Assembly: GCA_031367905.1 (NCBI GenBank)
Contig: JANLQQ010000154.1
Span: 5,344 to 69,343 of the forward strand
DNA length: 64,000 nt
Direction of reading: 5' to 3'
From: Novosphingobium sp.
Lineage (GTDB): Bacteria; Pseudomonadota; Alphaproteobacteria; Sphingomonadales; Sphingomonadaceae
The stretch's first letter is position 1, and each line of letters begins with the position of its first letter. The notes below the pieces were generated by a model that made no database searches, was not told the origin of the DNA, and saw only the letters and a program-made list of their open reading frames with translations. A program made the translations under genes and the position numbers. Positions 28,521 through 39,592 of this stretch are shown in pieces.

Positions 28521-29552
28521 TCAGCCGCGCGGTGCCGCCGCCCGAGCAATGTCCGCCAGCCCCTGAGCGAGCAGCAGTTCGGCATTCTGGCTGTTGGTCA
28601 GCAGCGCCCGGTGCAACTCGACCAGCCGCTCGACCAGCCGGGCCAGCCGCTTGCCGCGCCAGCGCCTGATCTGGACGGTGATATCGCGCTCGTCCTTCCA
28701 GAAGATCCGCCGCGCCGCGACCTCGGCCTTAAGCACGGCCGCCATATCGCCGCGTGGTCCGATCCGCGCCGCAATCTGCGCCAGTTGGGCCACCCGCCGC
28801 TCGAAGGCGAGCAGCAGCCCGACTGGGTTGAGCCCCAGCTCGCGGATCCGCCGCAGCTCGCCGGCCAGTCTGGCGCTTTCCCCGCTCAGCACTGCGTTGA
28901 CCAGCGACATAAAGCCATCATCCTCGGTCCGTGCGCCGATCGCCTCCCACGCTGCGCTATCGGCACTGCGCGGCGCCTCTGGTCCGGCATCGAGATAGAG
29001 CGCAAGTTTGGTTACTTCGGATTGGGCGATCCGCGTATCGAGCGAAGCTGCCCGGGCAATCCGCTCGGCCAGATCACCGCCCAGCCGCACCCCTGCGCCA
29101 TCGGCCATACCGCGCACCGCCTCGGTCACGGAGCGCAAATCGGGCGGATAGAACATCGCGACCAGCGCATCGGGGCAGGCTGCGAGCAACTTTGCGGTGC
29201 GCGATTTGTCGCTCGCGCCGCTGGCGAGGATCAGCACCGGGCAGGCCTCGGCCGTTCCGCCGAGCAGGATCTCGACCGCGTCATGCGCTTCATCGCCCTG
29301 CGCGCGGACGTAGATGTGGCGCGCGTCGCCGAACAACGAGGTGGAGCGCGCCTCGTCACCCAGCCGCACCGGATCACGGCGCAGGTCAGCGCCGGAAAGT
29401 TCGATCCGCTCACCCGGATCCTTCAGCATCGCGGTGATCCGCGCGGCGGCATCCTGCGCACCGCTTTCATCCGGCCCGCAAAAGAAGAACACACGGCAAC
29501 CCTGCGCGGCGCGCGGCGCAAGGCTGTTAAAATCCTTCTGGGTGGCTTTCAC
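28521..29552 (-). CDS. holA: DNA polymerase III delta subunit
   Basis: FFCGPD, SLFGD, EVTKLALY; conserved leuS-lptE-holA order. Confidence 0.9.
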   Translation of the reverse strand: MKATQKDFNSLAPRAAQGCRVFFFCGPDESGAQDAAARITAMLKDPGERIELSGADLRRDPVRLGDEARSTSLFGDARHIYVRAQGDEAHDAVEILLGGTAEACPVLILASGASDKSRTAKLLAACPDALVAMFYPPDLRSVTEAVRGMADGAGVRLGGDLAERIARAASLDTRIAQSEVTKLALYLDAGPEAPRSADSAAWEAIGARTEDDGFMSLVNAVLSGESARLAGELRRIRELGLNPVGLLLAFERRVAQLAQIAARIGPRGDMAAVLKAEVAARRIFWKDERDITVQIRRWRGKRLARLVERLVELHRALLTNSQNAELLLAQGLADIARAAAPRG

Positions 29553-30049
29553 CCGCTCTTGCGGAATTGCAGCGAGAGCCGCGTCACGATTCGGTCAGCC
29601 ACTTGCCGGGCAAGGTTTTCCAGCGCGGTCTGTTCGGCGGCGATGGTGGCATATTCGCTCGAGACGATGTCGATCCCCGCGTCCGATCCGGCGGTGGCAT
29701 CGAGCAGAATATCGCCATTGGCCGTATCGACCAGCTGATAGCGCGCCCGCAAAGTCCGTCGTTCCCGGCCAATCGTGTCATCGGACAGCAGGCCCAGTCC
29801 CTCAAGTTTGTCGTCGAGCCGCACATCGAGCCGGTAGCGCGGCGATCCGGATTTTTGACCCAGCCGATCAACCCCCAAACGATCAACCAGCGCATTGCGG
29901 ATCAGCCAGCCGGCCTTGCCCTCAATCGGCGGGACCTCGATCCCGGCCAGGCCTTGCGCGACGGCGCCACTGCCGCCGCCGGCATACATCGGCTGGAGCC
30001 CGCAACCACTTAGCAACAGCACTGCAACAAGGATGCAAAGCCGTTTCAT
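29549..30049 (-). CDS. lptE: LPS assembly lipoprotein LptE
   Basis: Lipobox LLSGC followed by GLQPMY; between leuS and holA. Confidence 0.88.
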   Translation of the reverse strand: MKRLCILVAVLLLSGCGLQPMYAGGGSGAVAQGLAGIEVPPIEGKAGWLIRNALVDRLGVDRLGQKSGSPRYRLDVRLDDKLEGLGLLSDDTIGRERRTLRARYQLVDTANGDILLDATAGSDAGIDIVSSEYATIAAEQTALENLARQVADRIVTRLSLQFRKSG

Positions 30050-32580
30050 GCGACGATGTTTACCAGCCGGTCGGGCACCACGATCATTTTCTTCACCTCC
30101 GCCCCGTCCAGCGCACGCTGCACCTTGTCGCTGGCCAGAGCAAGCGCTTCGAGACTCTCGCGCGACAGGCCCTTGGCGACCGTCAGCGTGTCGCGCAGCT
30201 TGCCCCGCACCTGGATGGCGATAGTCACTTCATCCTCGATCAACAGCGCAGGGTCGACCGGTGGCCAGGCGGCCTCAGCAATCAGCCCCGCTTCGCCCAT
30301 TTGCGCCCAGGCCTCTTCGGCCAGATGCGGCATCATCGGCGCGACCAGCAGCAGCAGGGTGCGGATCGCGGCGCTGCGGCTGGCAGACGGCGCGGATTTT
30401 TCAATCGCCGAGGTCAGCTCATAGATCCGCGCCACCGCCTTGTTGAACGAGAGCGCGGCGATATCCTCGGCAGCCGCAGCAACCGCCTGATCGCGTTTGC
30501 GATCAAGCGGCTTGTCCTCGCCAGTGGCGGCGGCATCGAACTGTCCGAACAGCCGCCACAGCCGCTGGACGAACCGCGCGCAGCCCTCGATCCCGGCTTC
30601 CGACCACGGCAGATCGCGCTCGGGCGGGCTGTCGGAGAGCATGAACCAGCGCACGGCGTCGGCGCCGTATTGGGCGATGATATCGTCCGGATCGACCACG
30701 TTTTTCTTGGACTTGGACATCTTGATGACCCGGCCGATAGTGACCGGAGCATTGTCGATCCGCAGCACCGCGTTCTCGCCGCGCTTTTCGATCTCGTCTG
30801 GGGTGAAATAAACCGGCTGGCCGTTCACCGGATCGGCCCGCGAATACGTCTCATGCGTCACCATCCCTTGCGTGAACAGGCTGGCGAACGGCTCTTTCAC
30901 GCCGATCAGCCCGATCCGTTCCAGCGCGCGGGTCCAGAAGCGGGCGTAGAGCAGATGGAGGATCGCGTGTTCGATCCCGCCGATATATTGCTCGACCGGG
31001 AGCCATTTGGCGATCGCCGCGGGATCGAACGGACGGTCCGTTGGCTGGCTGGCGAAGCGCAGGAAATACCAGCTGCTGTTGACGAAGGTATCGAGCGTAT
31101 CGGTTTCGCGGGTCGCCGGTTCATTGCAATGCGGGCAGGCGACATGCTTCCAGGTCGGATGGCGCACCAATGGATTGCCCGGCGTCTGGAAATCGACATC
31201 CTCGGGCAGGACCACCGGCAGCTGGTCCTTGGGCACTGGCACCACGCCGCAGCTTTCGCAGTGGATGAACGGGATCGGCGTGCCCCAATAGCGCTGGCGC
31301 GACACGCCCCAATCGCGCAGCCGCCACACGGTCTTGCCCTCGCCCCAGCCTTCGCTTTCGGCGCGGACGATCACGGCGGCCTTGGCCTCGCTGACGTTCA
31401 TTCCATCAAGGAAACGCGAATTCACGATAGCTCCGGGCCCGGAATAGGCTTCATCGCCCTCAAACAGCAGCGCAGTCTTTGCGCCATCGGCGACGACCCG
31501 TTCAACGGGGAGGTCATATTTGCGCGCGAATTCAAGATCGCGCTGGTCATGCGCCGGCACACCCATGACGGCACCAGTGCCATATTCCATCAACACGAAA
31601 TTGGCGATGAAGACCGGCAGGGTCCAGCTATCGTCGAATGGATGCAGAACTTCGTAGCCCGTATCGAAGCCCAGCTTTTCCGCCGTCTCGACTTCAGCGG
31701 CGGTCGTTCCACCTTGCTTGCAACGCTCGATGAATGCGGCTGCTGTGGGCGATTGCGCGGCCAGTTCCTGCGCAATCGGATGATCGGCTGCAATGGCGAC
31801 GAAACTTGCGCCGATGATCGTGTCAGGTCGGGTTGAATAAACCCTGATCGGATCCATCAAAGGCACCAGCGGCGCGAATGCGAACTCCACTCCCTGCGAT
31901 TTTCCGATCCAGTTTTCCTGCATCAACCGGACCTTTTCCGGCCAGCCATCCAGCGCGCCCAAGCCTTCGAGCAGCTCGTCGGCAAAATCGGTGATCTTGA
32001 GAAACCACTGGGACAATTTGCGCTTTTCGACCAACGCGCCGCTGCGCCAGCCGCGCCCGTCGATCACTTGTTCATTGGCCAGCACGGTCTGATCGACCGG
32101 ATCCCAGTTAACCGCGCTTTCCTTGCGATAGACGAGGCCAGCGGCATAAAGATCGAGGAACAGCGCCTGCTCGTGGCCGTAATAATCGGGCTCACAAGTG
32201 GAGAGCTCGCGGCTCCAGTCGAGTGCAAAGCCGAGCCGCTGCAATTGCGCCTTCATGGTGGCGATATTGGCACGGGTCCAGCCGCCGGGGTGGACACCCT
32301 GTTCCATCGCGGCGTTTTCGGCCGGCATCCCGAAGGCGTCCCAGCCCATCGGGTGGAGCACTTCAAAGCCCTGCATCCGCTTGGTCCGGGCCAGCACATC
32401 GCCCATCGTGTAGTTGCGAACATGGCCGATATGGATCCGCCCCGAAGGATAGGGGAACATCTCGAGTATGAAGCTGCGCGGGCGCGCGGTATTATCATCG
32501 GCGCAAAAGCACTGGCGCTCGTCCCACACGCGCTGCCAGCGCGGATCGGCAGCGGCGGGATCGAAACGGTCTATAGTCAT
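30046..32580 (-). CDS. leuS: Leucine--tRNA ligase
   Basis: [13 protein letters not shown] (HIGH), [12 protein letters not shown] editing domain, [16 protein letters not shown]. Confidence 0.98.
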   Translation of the reverse strand: MTIDRFDPAAADPRWQRVWDERQCFCADDNTARPRSFILEMFPYPSGRIHIGHVRNYTMGDVLARTKRMQGFEVLHPMGWDAFGMPAENAAMEQGVHPGGWTRANIATMKAQLQRLGFALDWSRELSTCEPDYYGHEQALFLDLYAAGLVYRKESAVNWDPVDQTVLANEQVIDGRGWRSGALVEKRKLSQWFLKITDFADELLEGLGALDGWPEKVRLMQENWIGKSQGVEFAFAPLVPLMDPIRVYSTRPDTIIGASFVAIAADHPIAQELAAQSPTAAAFIERCKQGGTTAAEVETAEKLGFDTGYEVLHPFDDSWTLPVFIANFVLMEYGTGAVMGVPAHDQRDLEFARKYDLPVERVVADGAKTALLFEGDEAYSGPGAIVNSRFLDGMNVSEAKAAVIVRAESEGWGEGKTVWRLRDWGVSRQRYWGTPIPFIHCESCGVVPVPKDQLPVVLPEDVDFQTPGNPLVRHPTWKHVACPHCNEPATRETDTLDTFVNSSWYFLRFASQPTDRPFDPAAIAKWLPVEQYIGGIEHAILHLLYARFWTRALERIGLIGVKEPFASLFTQGMVTHETYSRADPVNGQPVYFTPDEIEKRGENAVLRIDNAPVTIGRVIKMSKSKKNVVDPDDIIAQYGADAVRWFMLSDSPPERDLPWSEAGIEGCARFVQRLWRLFGQFDAAATGEDKPLDRKRDQAVAAAAEDIAALSFNKAVARIYELTSAIEKSAPSASRSAAIRTLLLLVAPMMPHLAEEAWAQMGEAGLIAEAAWPPVDPALLIEDEVTIAIQVRGKLRDTLTVAKGLSRESLEALALASDKVQRALDGAEVKKMIVVPDRLVNIVA

Positions 32581-32637
32581 GCCCGTCCCTCTAACCCGCC
32601 AAGCGGGCTTGTCGAGAGGGAGTGGGAGAGAACCCGC

Positions 32638-33117
32638 TTACTTGATCGCGCTGCGGCGCAGATCGCGGGCCTTGGTCAGGATAATATCCTCAAGCTTTTG
32701 CACGGTGGCGGCCTGGACCGGGGCATCGGTCCACCCGCCGCCCTGTGCTACCTGACGGCTGGCGGCGACCCGCAGCGCATCGGCGCGCAAATCCTGATCG
32801 AGGATGGTGACGGTTACCTTGACGCGCTCGCCCGGATTGCCCGGATTGGCATACCAGTCGGTCACAATCACCCCGCCGGAGCTGTCGGTCTGGAGCAGCG
32901 GCATGAACGACAATGCCTCAAGGCTGGCGCGCCACAGATAGCTGTTGACGCCGATGGTGGTCACTTTCGAGGCGGCCAGATCAGCCTTGGGGCGATCCTT
33001 GCCACCGCAGCTGACCAGCGCAAGTGCTGCACCGCTGACGAGGGCTGCCCGGCTCATAAGTCGAAAATTAGCCAGGAACCGGAGAGTGTTGCGGCCGGTG
33101 GAAGTGCTACCAGTCAT
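32638..33117 (-). CDS. DUF3576-like lipoprotein
   Basis: Lipobox LVSC; GVNSYLWRASLEALSFMPL, GGVIVTDWY; upstream of leuS as in many alphaproteobacteria. Confidence 0.8.
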   Translation of the reverse strand: MTGSTSTGRNTLRFLANFRLMSRAALVSGAALALVSCGGKDRPKADLAASKVTTIGVNSYLWRASLEALSFMPLLQTDSSGGVIVTDWYANPGNPGERVKVTVTILDQDLRADALRVAASRQVAQGGGWTDAPVQAATVQKLEDIILTKARDLRRSAIK

Positions 33118-33297
33118 CGTGTTTTCCAAATCCCGTTCAGTCGCCATCAGTTGGCCAATCGTGAGGTGCCAGGCCAAGACCCGTACATTATGATGCGTCT
33201 CTATAGCCGCAGCGGCGAAGGCGGCAAGTGCGCTGTGGCGCGCCTTTTGCCGGTCTGGGCGCTGAATGCGCCATGAACATGGCGCAAGGCCGCGCGG

Positions 33298-33312
33298 TTA
33301 AGCTGTGATTAA
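33298..33312. promoter_or_regulatory. CtrA binding site
   Basis: TTAA-GCTGTGA-TTAA (TTAA-N7-TTAAC on minus strand) in a divergent intergenic region. Confidence 0.7.
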
Positions 33313-33419
33313 GCGCCGGGAGCCTAGAATCCACTTGGTTTTTTGCGGTATAAGCGCATGGTTTAATAATAGAGTCGGCTGAGTGGCAGGCACACACATC
33401 GGGGCGAGATTCAGAAAAA

Positions 33420-34199
33420 GTGACAGTGGCGAGCGAAACATCAATGGCCGGAGCCTTCGCGGGTGACAGGGCAAAAAAGCGGGGCAGTGGTGCCACGACT
33501 TTGTTGCTGTCAGCCACGGTTGCCGCGTTGGCGTTGCCGAGTGCCGTGCTGGCAGTATCCAGTGGGTTGGAACCAGAGCAACTGTTCGATAGCCCCCAAA
33601 TCGCAGGCAGCAATTTCGTCCCTGCATCGGTCGATCCGCGGCTGGCCCGCAGCATTACGGTTCGCGCCCTGTCCAAGGGACGATTGTTCCGCTTTACCCC
33701 AGCGGCGACAACATCGCGCCTCGATCGGTCGGTTACGGTGGCCGTCCGGGTCGATACCCGCGCCTATGGCGCCCGCTCGCAACTGGCCAAAAGCGATACC
33801 GATTCAGCCGCATCGCTGCTTCGCCTGACCCCCAATAGTTATAGCCTGGGGACATCACGCGGCTATAAGACGTTCGCCCAGAACCTGGGCATATCTGCCG
33901 ACAAGATCGATATGCCCGATCTCGCCACTTACAAGCCCGGTACTGCGACCCAGGGCGATCCGGCCCGGTTCAGCCCGCGGATCGCGCTGGACGAAAAAGC
34001 AAAAACCGGTCGTGCCCCGCGTACCTTCGAAGGGCAAGCGGGCCAGACGGTGGATCTGGGTGGGAGCTACCGGTTGACTCGCAATCTTAATGTTACCGCC
34101 GGGGTGCGCTATTCTTCGGAACGTGACCGGCTGGTCCCGCTGACCGACGGGCGGCAGGATAGCCAGGCGGTTTACGTTGGCACCCAGTTCCGCTTCTAA
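33420..34199 (+). CDS. Putative outer-membrane/porin-like protein
   Basis: Signal-like N-terminus; C-terminal beta-strands ending VYVGTQFRF (terminal Phe beta-signal). Confidence 0.65.
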   Translation: MTVASETSMAGAFAGDRAKKRGSGATTLLLSATVAALALPSAVLAVSSGLEPEQLFDSPQIAGSNFVPASVDPRLARSITVRALSKGRLFRFTPAATTSRLDRSVTVAVRVDTRAYGARSQLAKSDTDSAASLLRLTPNSYSLGTSRGYKTFAQNLGISADKIDMPDLATYKPGTATQGDPARFSPRIALDEKAKTGRAPRTFEGQAGQTVDLGGSYRLTRNLNVTAGVRYSSERDRLVPLTDGRQDSQAVYVGTQFRF

Positions 34200-34299
34200 G
34201 CGCAATTCCAAGTAGCGCCTTTAAGTATGCATGAAGCTTGCCCGCCAATAACGGGCAGCCTACCATGACGTTACGGAAAACAGCATGGGTGAAGATACT

Positions 34300-35022
34300 A
34301 TGGTACGTGTCGCAATCGTAACCGGCGGTACCCGCGGGATTGGTCAGGCGATCTGTCTGCGGCTCAAGAAACAGGGCCACATCGTCATCGCCAACTATGG
34401 CGGCAACGCGGAAAAGGCCAAGGCCTTCACTGCAGCGACCGGAATACCTGCCCATTGCTGGGATGTTGGCGATCACGAAGCGGCACTAGCCGGTTGTGCG
34501 GCCGTTGCTGCCGAATACGGTCCGATCGATATCGTCATCAATAACGCCGGCGTGACCCGCGACGGCGTGCTCCACAAGATGAGTTACGACGACTGGCACG
34601 ACGTTATGCGGATCAACCTTGGCGGCTGTTTCAACATGGCCAAGGCCACTTTTCCCGGCATGCGCGAACGTGGCTGGGGGCGGATCGTCAATATCGGCTC
34701 GATCAACGGTCAGGCCGGCCAATACGGCCAGGTGAATTATGCTGCGGCCAAATCGGGCATCCACGGCTTTACCAAGGCGCTGGCCCAGGAAGGCGCGAAA
34801 TTCGGCGTGACCGTCAACGCCATCGCGCCGGGCTATATCGATACCGACATGGTCGCCGCCGTCCCCGCTCCGGTGCTGGAGAAGATCGTGGCCAAGATCC
34901 CGGTCGGGCGGCTGGGACAAGCCGAGGAAATTGCCCGCGGCGTGGCCTTCCTGACTTCGGACAATGGCGGGTTTGTGACCGGCTCGACGATGAGCATCAA
35001 CGGCGGGCAGCATATGTACTGA
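34300..35022 (+). CDS. phbB: Acetoacetyl-CoA reductase
   Basis: TGGTRGIG, NNAGVTRD, GQYGQVNYAAAK, PGYIDTDM, INGGQHMY. Confidence 0.92.
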   Translation: MVRVAIVTGGTRGIGQAICLRLKKQGHIVIANYGGNAEKAKAFTAATGIPAHCWDVGDHEAALAGCAAVAAEYGPIDIVINNAGVTRDGVLHKMSYDDWHDVMRINLGGCFNMAKATFPGMRERGWGRIVNIGSINGQAGQYGQVNYAAAKSGIHGFTKALAQEGAKFGVTVNAIAPGYIDTDMVAAVPAPVLEKIVAKIPVGRLGQAEEIARGVAFLTSDNGGFVTGSTMSINGGQHMY

Positions 35023-35082
35023 CGGGCCGACGTCACGGATGCGGCTTTGCCGCAGCCACTTTCCCTCGCTATCACAGCCCCC

Positions 35083-35346
35083 ATGACTACCCCCTATCGT
35101 CCCCCGCTCAATCGATCAGGCGAGGTTGCCGGACACAAGACCTCGATCAGCCTCGAGCCGCTGTTCTGGGAACTGCTCAAACAGGCAGCTACTGCGGAAG
35201 GCTTGCCGATTAACGCGCTGGTTGCCCGGATCGATATGGAGCGCATCGCCGCGCCAACCCCGCCGGGCCTTGCCGGAGCGGTCAGAGTCTGGCTGGTCGG
35301 CTGGCTAGTCTCACAGCTGAGCAAGACCCAGCCCGAGCAGGGCTGA
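35083..35346 (+). CDS. Ribbon-helix-helix (RHH_4-type) protein
   Basis: AGHKTSISLEPLFW, INALVARID, LAGAVRVW. Confidence 0.8.
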   Translation: MTTPYRPPLNRSGEVAGHKTSISLEPLFWELLKQAATAEGLPINALVARIDMERIAAPTPPGLAGAVRVWLVGWLVSQLSKTQPEQG

Positions 35347-36612
35347 CGCTGCCAGCACCGTGGGAATACCCCGGCCAAAGCGGAACAGCAGCAACGCCGC
35401 CACCGCTCCGATCAATGCGGCGCGCCAGTCCAGACTGGTGGGGTCAGGTAGGCCGAAAATCTCAGCCTCGGGCCGGGCGAACAGCACGTGGACCGCAAAC
35501 CACAGCGCCAGATTAGCGATCACGCCAACCACCGCCGCGGTGATCGCAGCGAGAGCTGCCTGAAGCGCGGGGACTCGCTCAAGCCGTTCCATCCAGGGAG
35601 CGCAGGCGAAAATCCACAGGAAACAGGGCGCGAAAGTGACCCAGGTCGTCAGTCCCGCGCCGAGCAATCCGGCGGTGAGCGGTGACAGCACCCCGGGATC
35701 GCGCCAGGCGGCAAGGAAGCCGACAAATTGCGTGACCATGATCAGCGGCCCCGGCGTGGTTTCGGCCAGTCCAAGCCCGTCGGCCATCTCGCCGGCCGAA
35801 AGCCAGCCGAAGTGCTCGACCGATTGCTGCGCCATATAGGCGAGTACCGCATAGGCCCCGCCAAAAGTGACCACCGCCAGCTTGGAAAAGAACGCGCCGA
35901 TATCCCACAGCACTGATGTCTGTCCTAGTGTCAGCGCGATCAGCACCATCGGCAGCGCCCAGATCACCAGCCAGGTCAGCACGGTGACAAGCGTTGCCCC
36001 GGCCAGCTGGCGGCGGCTCGATTGGAATGCTGCAGCGGGCGGCGGGGAATGCACTCCAAGCCATTCGGGATGACGCTTGCTGACCAGCGCTCCGGCAACA
36101 GCCGCCAGCAGGATCACCAGCGGAAACGGCGCATCGAGCAGCGTCAGGGCCAGAAATGCCAGCACCGCCAGACCCAGCTTGAACCGCGTTTTCAGCGCGC
36201 GCTGGCCGATCCGCAGCAGCGCCTGCACCACGATTCCCAGCACCGCCGCCTTGATCCCCAGAAACAGCGCCGCGAACCAGCTGAGGCCGCTCGCCATGAC
36301 ATAGACCAGCGACAACCCAAGCATCACAGCCGCGCCCGGGATGACAAACAGCAAGCCCGCCGCAAGCCCGCCCTTGACCCCATGCAACCGCCAACCGAGC
36401 CAGGTGGCAAGCTGCTGCGCCTCGAGCCCTGGCAGCAGATGACACAGGTTCAGCGCCCGCAGGAACGCCCCCTGATCGACCCACTTGCGCTCATCGACAA
36501 TCTCGTGGCTCATCAGCGCGATCTGGCCGGCCGGTCCGCCAAAGCTGAGGAAGCCAATCCGGGTGAAGGTGCGGACCAGCTCGGGGAAGGTGGGGGAGGC
36601 CGCCCCGCTCAA
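35311..36612 (-). CDS. chrA: Chromate transporter, long-chain CHR family
   Basis: [27 protein letters not shown]; two homologous halves. Confidence 0.9.
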   Translation of the reverse strand: MSGAASPTFPELVRTFTRIGFLSFGGPAGQIALMSHEIVDERKWVDQGAFLRALNLCHLLPGLEAQQLATWLGWRLHGVKGGLAAGLLFVIPGAAVMLGLSLVYVMASGLSWFAALFLGIKAAVLGIVVQALLRIGQRALKTRFKLGLAVLAFLALTLLDAPFPLVILLAAVAGALVSKRHPEWLGVHSPPPAAAFQSSRRQLAGATLVTVLTWLVIWALPMVLIALTLGQTSVLWDIGAFFSKLAVVTFGGAYAVLAYMAQQSVEHFGWLSAGEMADGLGLAETTPGPLIMVTQFVGFLAAWRDPGVLSPLTAGLLGAGLTTWVTFAPCFLWIFACAPWMERLERVPALQAALAAITAAVVGVIANLALWFAVHVLFARPEAEIFGLPDPTSLDWRAALIGAVAALLLFRFGRGIPTVLAASALLGLGLAQL

Positions 36613-37892
36613 TCCTCACCCACGCGTTCAATCTGCGCGCCGACCAGCGCCAGCTTCTCTTCCAGCCGCTCATAGCCGCGATCGAGGTGATAGAGGCGGT
36701 GGACTTGCGTTTCGCCCTCGGCTGCCAGTCCGGCAATCACCAGGCTCATCGAAGCGCGCAGATCGGTGGCCATGACCTCGGCCCCGGTCAGCTTGGGCAC
36801 CCCGTGGACCACCGCCGTGCGCCCCTTGGTTTCGATATGCGCGCCCATCCGGTTGAGTTCGGGGACGTGCATATAACGGTTCTCGAAAATCGTTTCGGTC
36901 AGCACGCTGGCCCCATCGGCGCGGCACAGCATCGCCATCAACTGGGCCTGCATATCGGTGGCAAAGCCGGGATAGGGCGCAGTCGACAATGTCACCGGCC
37001 TCAGCGGGCCGTCGGCGGCAACATGCAAGCCCCCCGGCACCGGCTCGACGCTGACGCCGGCATCGCGCAGTGCCTGCACTGTCGCGTCCATTTCATCGAT
37101 CTTCGCGCCTTTCAGCGTCACTTCGCCGCCGGTGATCGCCGCCGCGCAGGCATAGCTGCCCGCCTCGATCCGGTCTGACATGACGCGATAGGTCGCCCCA
37201 TGCAGGCGGGGAACGCCGTGGATGGTGATATCCGAGCTGCCGATCCCTTCGATCTCCGCGCCCATGGCGACCAGCAAATTGCACAGATCGACAATCTCCG
37301 GCTCACGCGCGGCGTTGTGGAGCGTGCTTTTGCCCTTGCACAGCACGGCAGCCATCAGCGCATTCTCGGTCGCGCCCACGGACACCACCGGGAAGCTGTA
37401 GCGCCCGCCCGGCATTCCCCCATCGGGCGCAATCGCGCGGACATAGCCCGCCGCCATTTCAATCTGCGCACCCAAAGCTTCGAGCACTTTCAGATGCAGG
37501 TCGATCGGGCGGTTGCCGATCGCGCAGCCACCGGGAAGCGAGACGGTCGCCTCGCCCATCCGCGCCAGCATCGGCCCCAGCACCAGAATCGAAGCGCGCA
37601 TCTTGCGGACCAGCTCATAGGGCGCGACCGAGCTGGTGATCCGGGTGGCCGCCAGCGTCATCACCCGGCCAAAATCTTCAGGCCGCGATCCGGCAATCGT
37701 GGTCGAAACCCCGAACTGGTTCAGCAGATGCTGGAACCCGTCGATATCGGCCAGCCGGGGCAAATTGCGCAGGGTCAGCGGCTCATCGGTCAGCAGTGTG
37801 CAGGGCAGCAGCGTGAGTGCGGCATTCTTCGCGCCGGAGATGGGAATGGTGCCGGAAAGGCGCTTGCCGCCTGCAATGATAATCTTGTCCAT
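36609..37892 (-). CDS. murA: UDP-N-acetylglucosamine 1-carboxyvinyltransferase
   Basis: [21 protein letters not shown] with catalytic Cys, FENRYMH, DLRAS. Confidence 0.97.
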   Translation of the reverse strand: MDKIIIAGGKRLSGTIPISGAKNAALTLLPCTLLTDEPLTLRNLPRLADIDGFQHLLNQFGVSTTIAGSRPEDFGRVMTLAATRITSSVAPYELVRKMRASILVLGPMLARMGEATVSLPGGCAIGNRPIDLHLKVLEALGAQIEMAAGYVRAIAPDGGMPGGRYSFPVVSVGATENALMAAVLCKGKSTLHNAAREPEIVDLCNLLVAMGAEIEGIGSSDITIHGVPRLHGATYRVMSDRIEAGSYACAAAITGGEVTLKGAKIDEMDATVQALRDAGVSVEPVPGGLHVAADGPLRPVTLSTAPYPGFATDMQAQLMAMLCRADGASVLTETIFENRYMHVPELNRMGAHIETKGRTAVVHGVPKLTGAEVMATDLRASMSLVIAGLAAEGETQVHRLYHLDRGYERLEEKLALVGAQIERVGED

Positions 37893-37971
37893 CAGCGCGG
37901 TTTAGCGCGAAAAGCTGGGGCGGCAAGCTGGATGGTTGACGCGGGCGGGCGCTCCTGCGATTCTCGCTTTT

Positions 37972-38868
37972 ATGGCCAATCGCAAACCAATCCGCAAAGC
38001 CGTGTTCCCCGTTGCTGGGCTCGGCACCCGCTTCCTTCCCGCGACCAAGGCGATCCCCAAGGAAATGCTCCCGGTGATCGACCGGCCGCTGATCCAATAT
38101 GCGGTGGACGAAGCGCGCGAGGCGGGGATCGAACAGATGATCTTCATCACCGGCCGCGGCAAAACCGCGATCGTCGATCATTTCGACATCGCCTTCGAGC
38201 TGGAAGCCACCCTGCGTGAGCGGGACAAGGATATGTCGGCGCTTGAGGCGACGCGGCTCCTCCCTGGCAACCTTATTACGGTGCGCCAGCAGGAGCCGCT
38301 GGGGCTCGGCCACGCAATCTGGTGCGCCCGCGCTATTGTCGGCGACGAGCCGTTCGCGATCTTCCTGCCCGACGAGCTGATGATCGGCCACAGCGAGGAA
38401 ACTGGCGGCTGCATGAAACAGATGGTCGAAGCATACCACGAAGTCGGCGGCAATCTGATCAGCGTACTCGAAGTGCCGCGCAGCGAAGTCTCGAGCTATG
38501 GCGTGATCGACCCCGGCACCTCGAACGGCGCGCTGACCGAGGTCAAGGGGCTGGTCGAAAAGCCCAGGATCGAGGACGCGCCATCCAACCTGATCATTTC
38601 GGGCCGCTACATCCTCCAGCCCGAAGTGATGCGGGTGCTTGAGGGGCAGGAAAAGGGCGCGGGCGGCGAGATCCAGCTGACCGATGCGATGGCCCGGATG
38701 ATCGGCACCCAGCCGTTCCACGCGGTCACCTTCAAGGGCAAGCGCTATGACTGCGGCAGCAAGATGGGCTTTGTCGAGGCAACACTGGCCGTCGCGCTGG
38801 AGCGCGAGGACATGGGAGACGAAGTGCGGGCGATGGCAAAGCGGTTGCTGGGCCTCTCTAACCCATAA
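37972..38868 (+). CDS. galU: UTP--glucose-1-phosphate uridylyltransferase
   Basis: KAVFPVAGLGTRFLPATKAIPKEML, LGLGHA, VEKP, GEIQLTDA. Confidence 0.96.
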   Translation: MANRKPIRKAVFPVAGLGTRFLPATKAIPKEMLPVIDRPLIQYAVDEAREAGIEQMIFITGRGKTAIVDHFDIAFELEATLRERDKDMSALEATRLLPGNLITVRQQEPLGLGHAIWCARAIVGDEPFAIFLPDELMIGHSEETGGCMKQMVEAYHEVGGNLISVLEVPRSEVSSYGVIDPGTSNGALTEVKGLVEKPRIEDAPSNLIISGRYILQPEVMRVLEGQEKGAGGEIQLTDAMARMIGTQPFHAVTFKGKRYDCGSKMGFVEATLAVALEREDMGDEVRAMAKRLLGLSNP

Positions 38869-39589
38869 GGTGCAATATCCCGGGCGCGATCGCGCGCCAC
38901 CAGTTGCTCGATGTGGCCAGCGGCGTCAGCAGGTGAAGTGGCACCAGCCCGGCAATCACCCACAAGGTAGCGGGGTGAATATTGCCGAGGCTGCGGCGAT
39001 CATGAAGCGCCAGCGGAATCAGCAGCAGGTCCGCGAGGAGGTTCGGCCCCCAATCGGTGAATGGCGGCAGCGCTGGCAGCGGCAGGAACCAACGCGAAAT
39101 CGCCGGGCCGACGAGGCATAGCGCCGCGCCAAAGATGAAGCGCCGATGCCATTCGACATGCCGGGTAACAGCGGCGAAGCTGGCGATCGCCAGTACCGTA
39201 AAGGTCAGCAGATCGACCATATTATAGAGCGTGAAATCAAACGGGGTGGCGTTGCCCGCTGCCATGCGCCGGTGGATCGCAGCGATTGCCAGCATCACCC
39301 CCAGCGGCACCAGCAAGGTTGAAAGCGCAATGCCCACCAGCCCCAGCTCGCGGTGACGCGCGACACGTCCGCTCGCGACCAGATGCGTCTGCAAAGCATA
39401 AAGCCCGATCCATGAGAAGTAAGCCAGCGCATGGATGTGATGGATCGGCGCGAAATAGCTTCCGGGCGACCCCATCGGCGCGAGATAGGTGAAGGGGAAG
39501 GGCGAGAGCACCATGATCAGCATGATCAGGGCAGTATTCGCGAAAAAGCGATCACGCTTGGCGCGCCCACCCGCCGTGGCATCGATCAT
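38858..39589 (-). CDS. Multi-TM hypothetical membrane protein
   Basis: About 7 TMs with His-containing motifs (IHHIH, RHRELG, WHRRF, IHPAT). Confidence 0.75.
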   Translation of the reverse strand: MIDATAGGRAKRDRFFANTALIMLIMVLSPFPFTYLAPMGSPGSYFAPIHHIHALAYFSWIGLYALQTHLVASGRVARHRELGLVGIALSTLLVPLGVMLAIAAIHRRMAAGNATPFDFTLYNMVDLLTFTVLAIASFAAVTRHVEWHRRFIFGAALCLVGPAISRWFLPLPALPPFTDWGPNLLADLLLIPLALHDRRSLGNIHPATLWVIAGLVPLHLLTPLATSSNWWRAIAPGILHLMG

Positions 39590-39592
39590 GGC

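Noticed and set aside
29314-31836. 840-aa plus-strand ORF
   Set aside because: Antisense shadow of leuS/lptE/holA; no motifs, and long stop-free antisense frames are expected at high GC.
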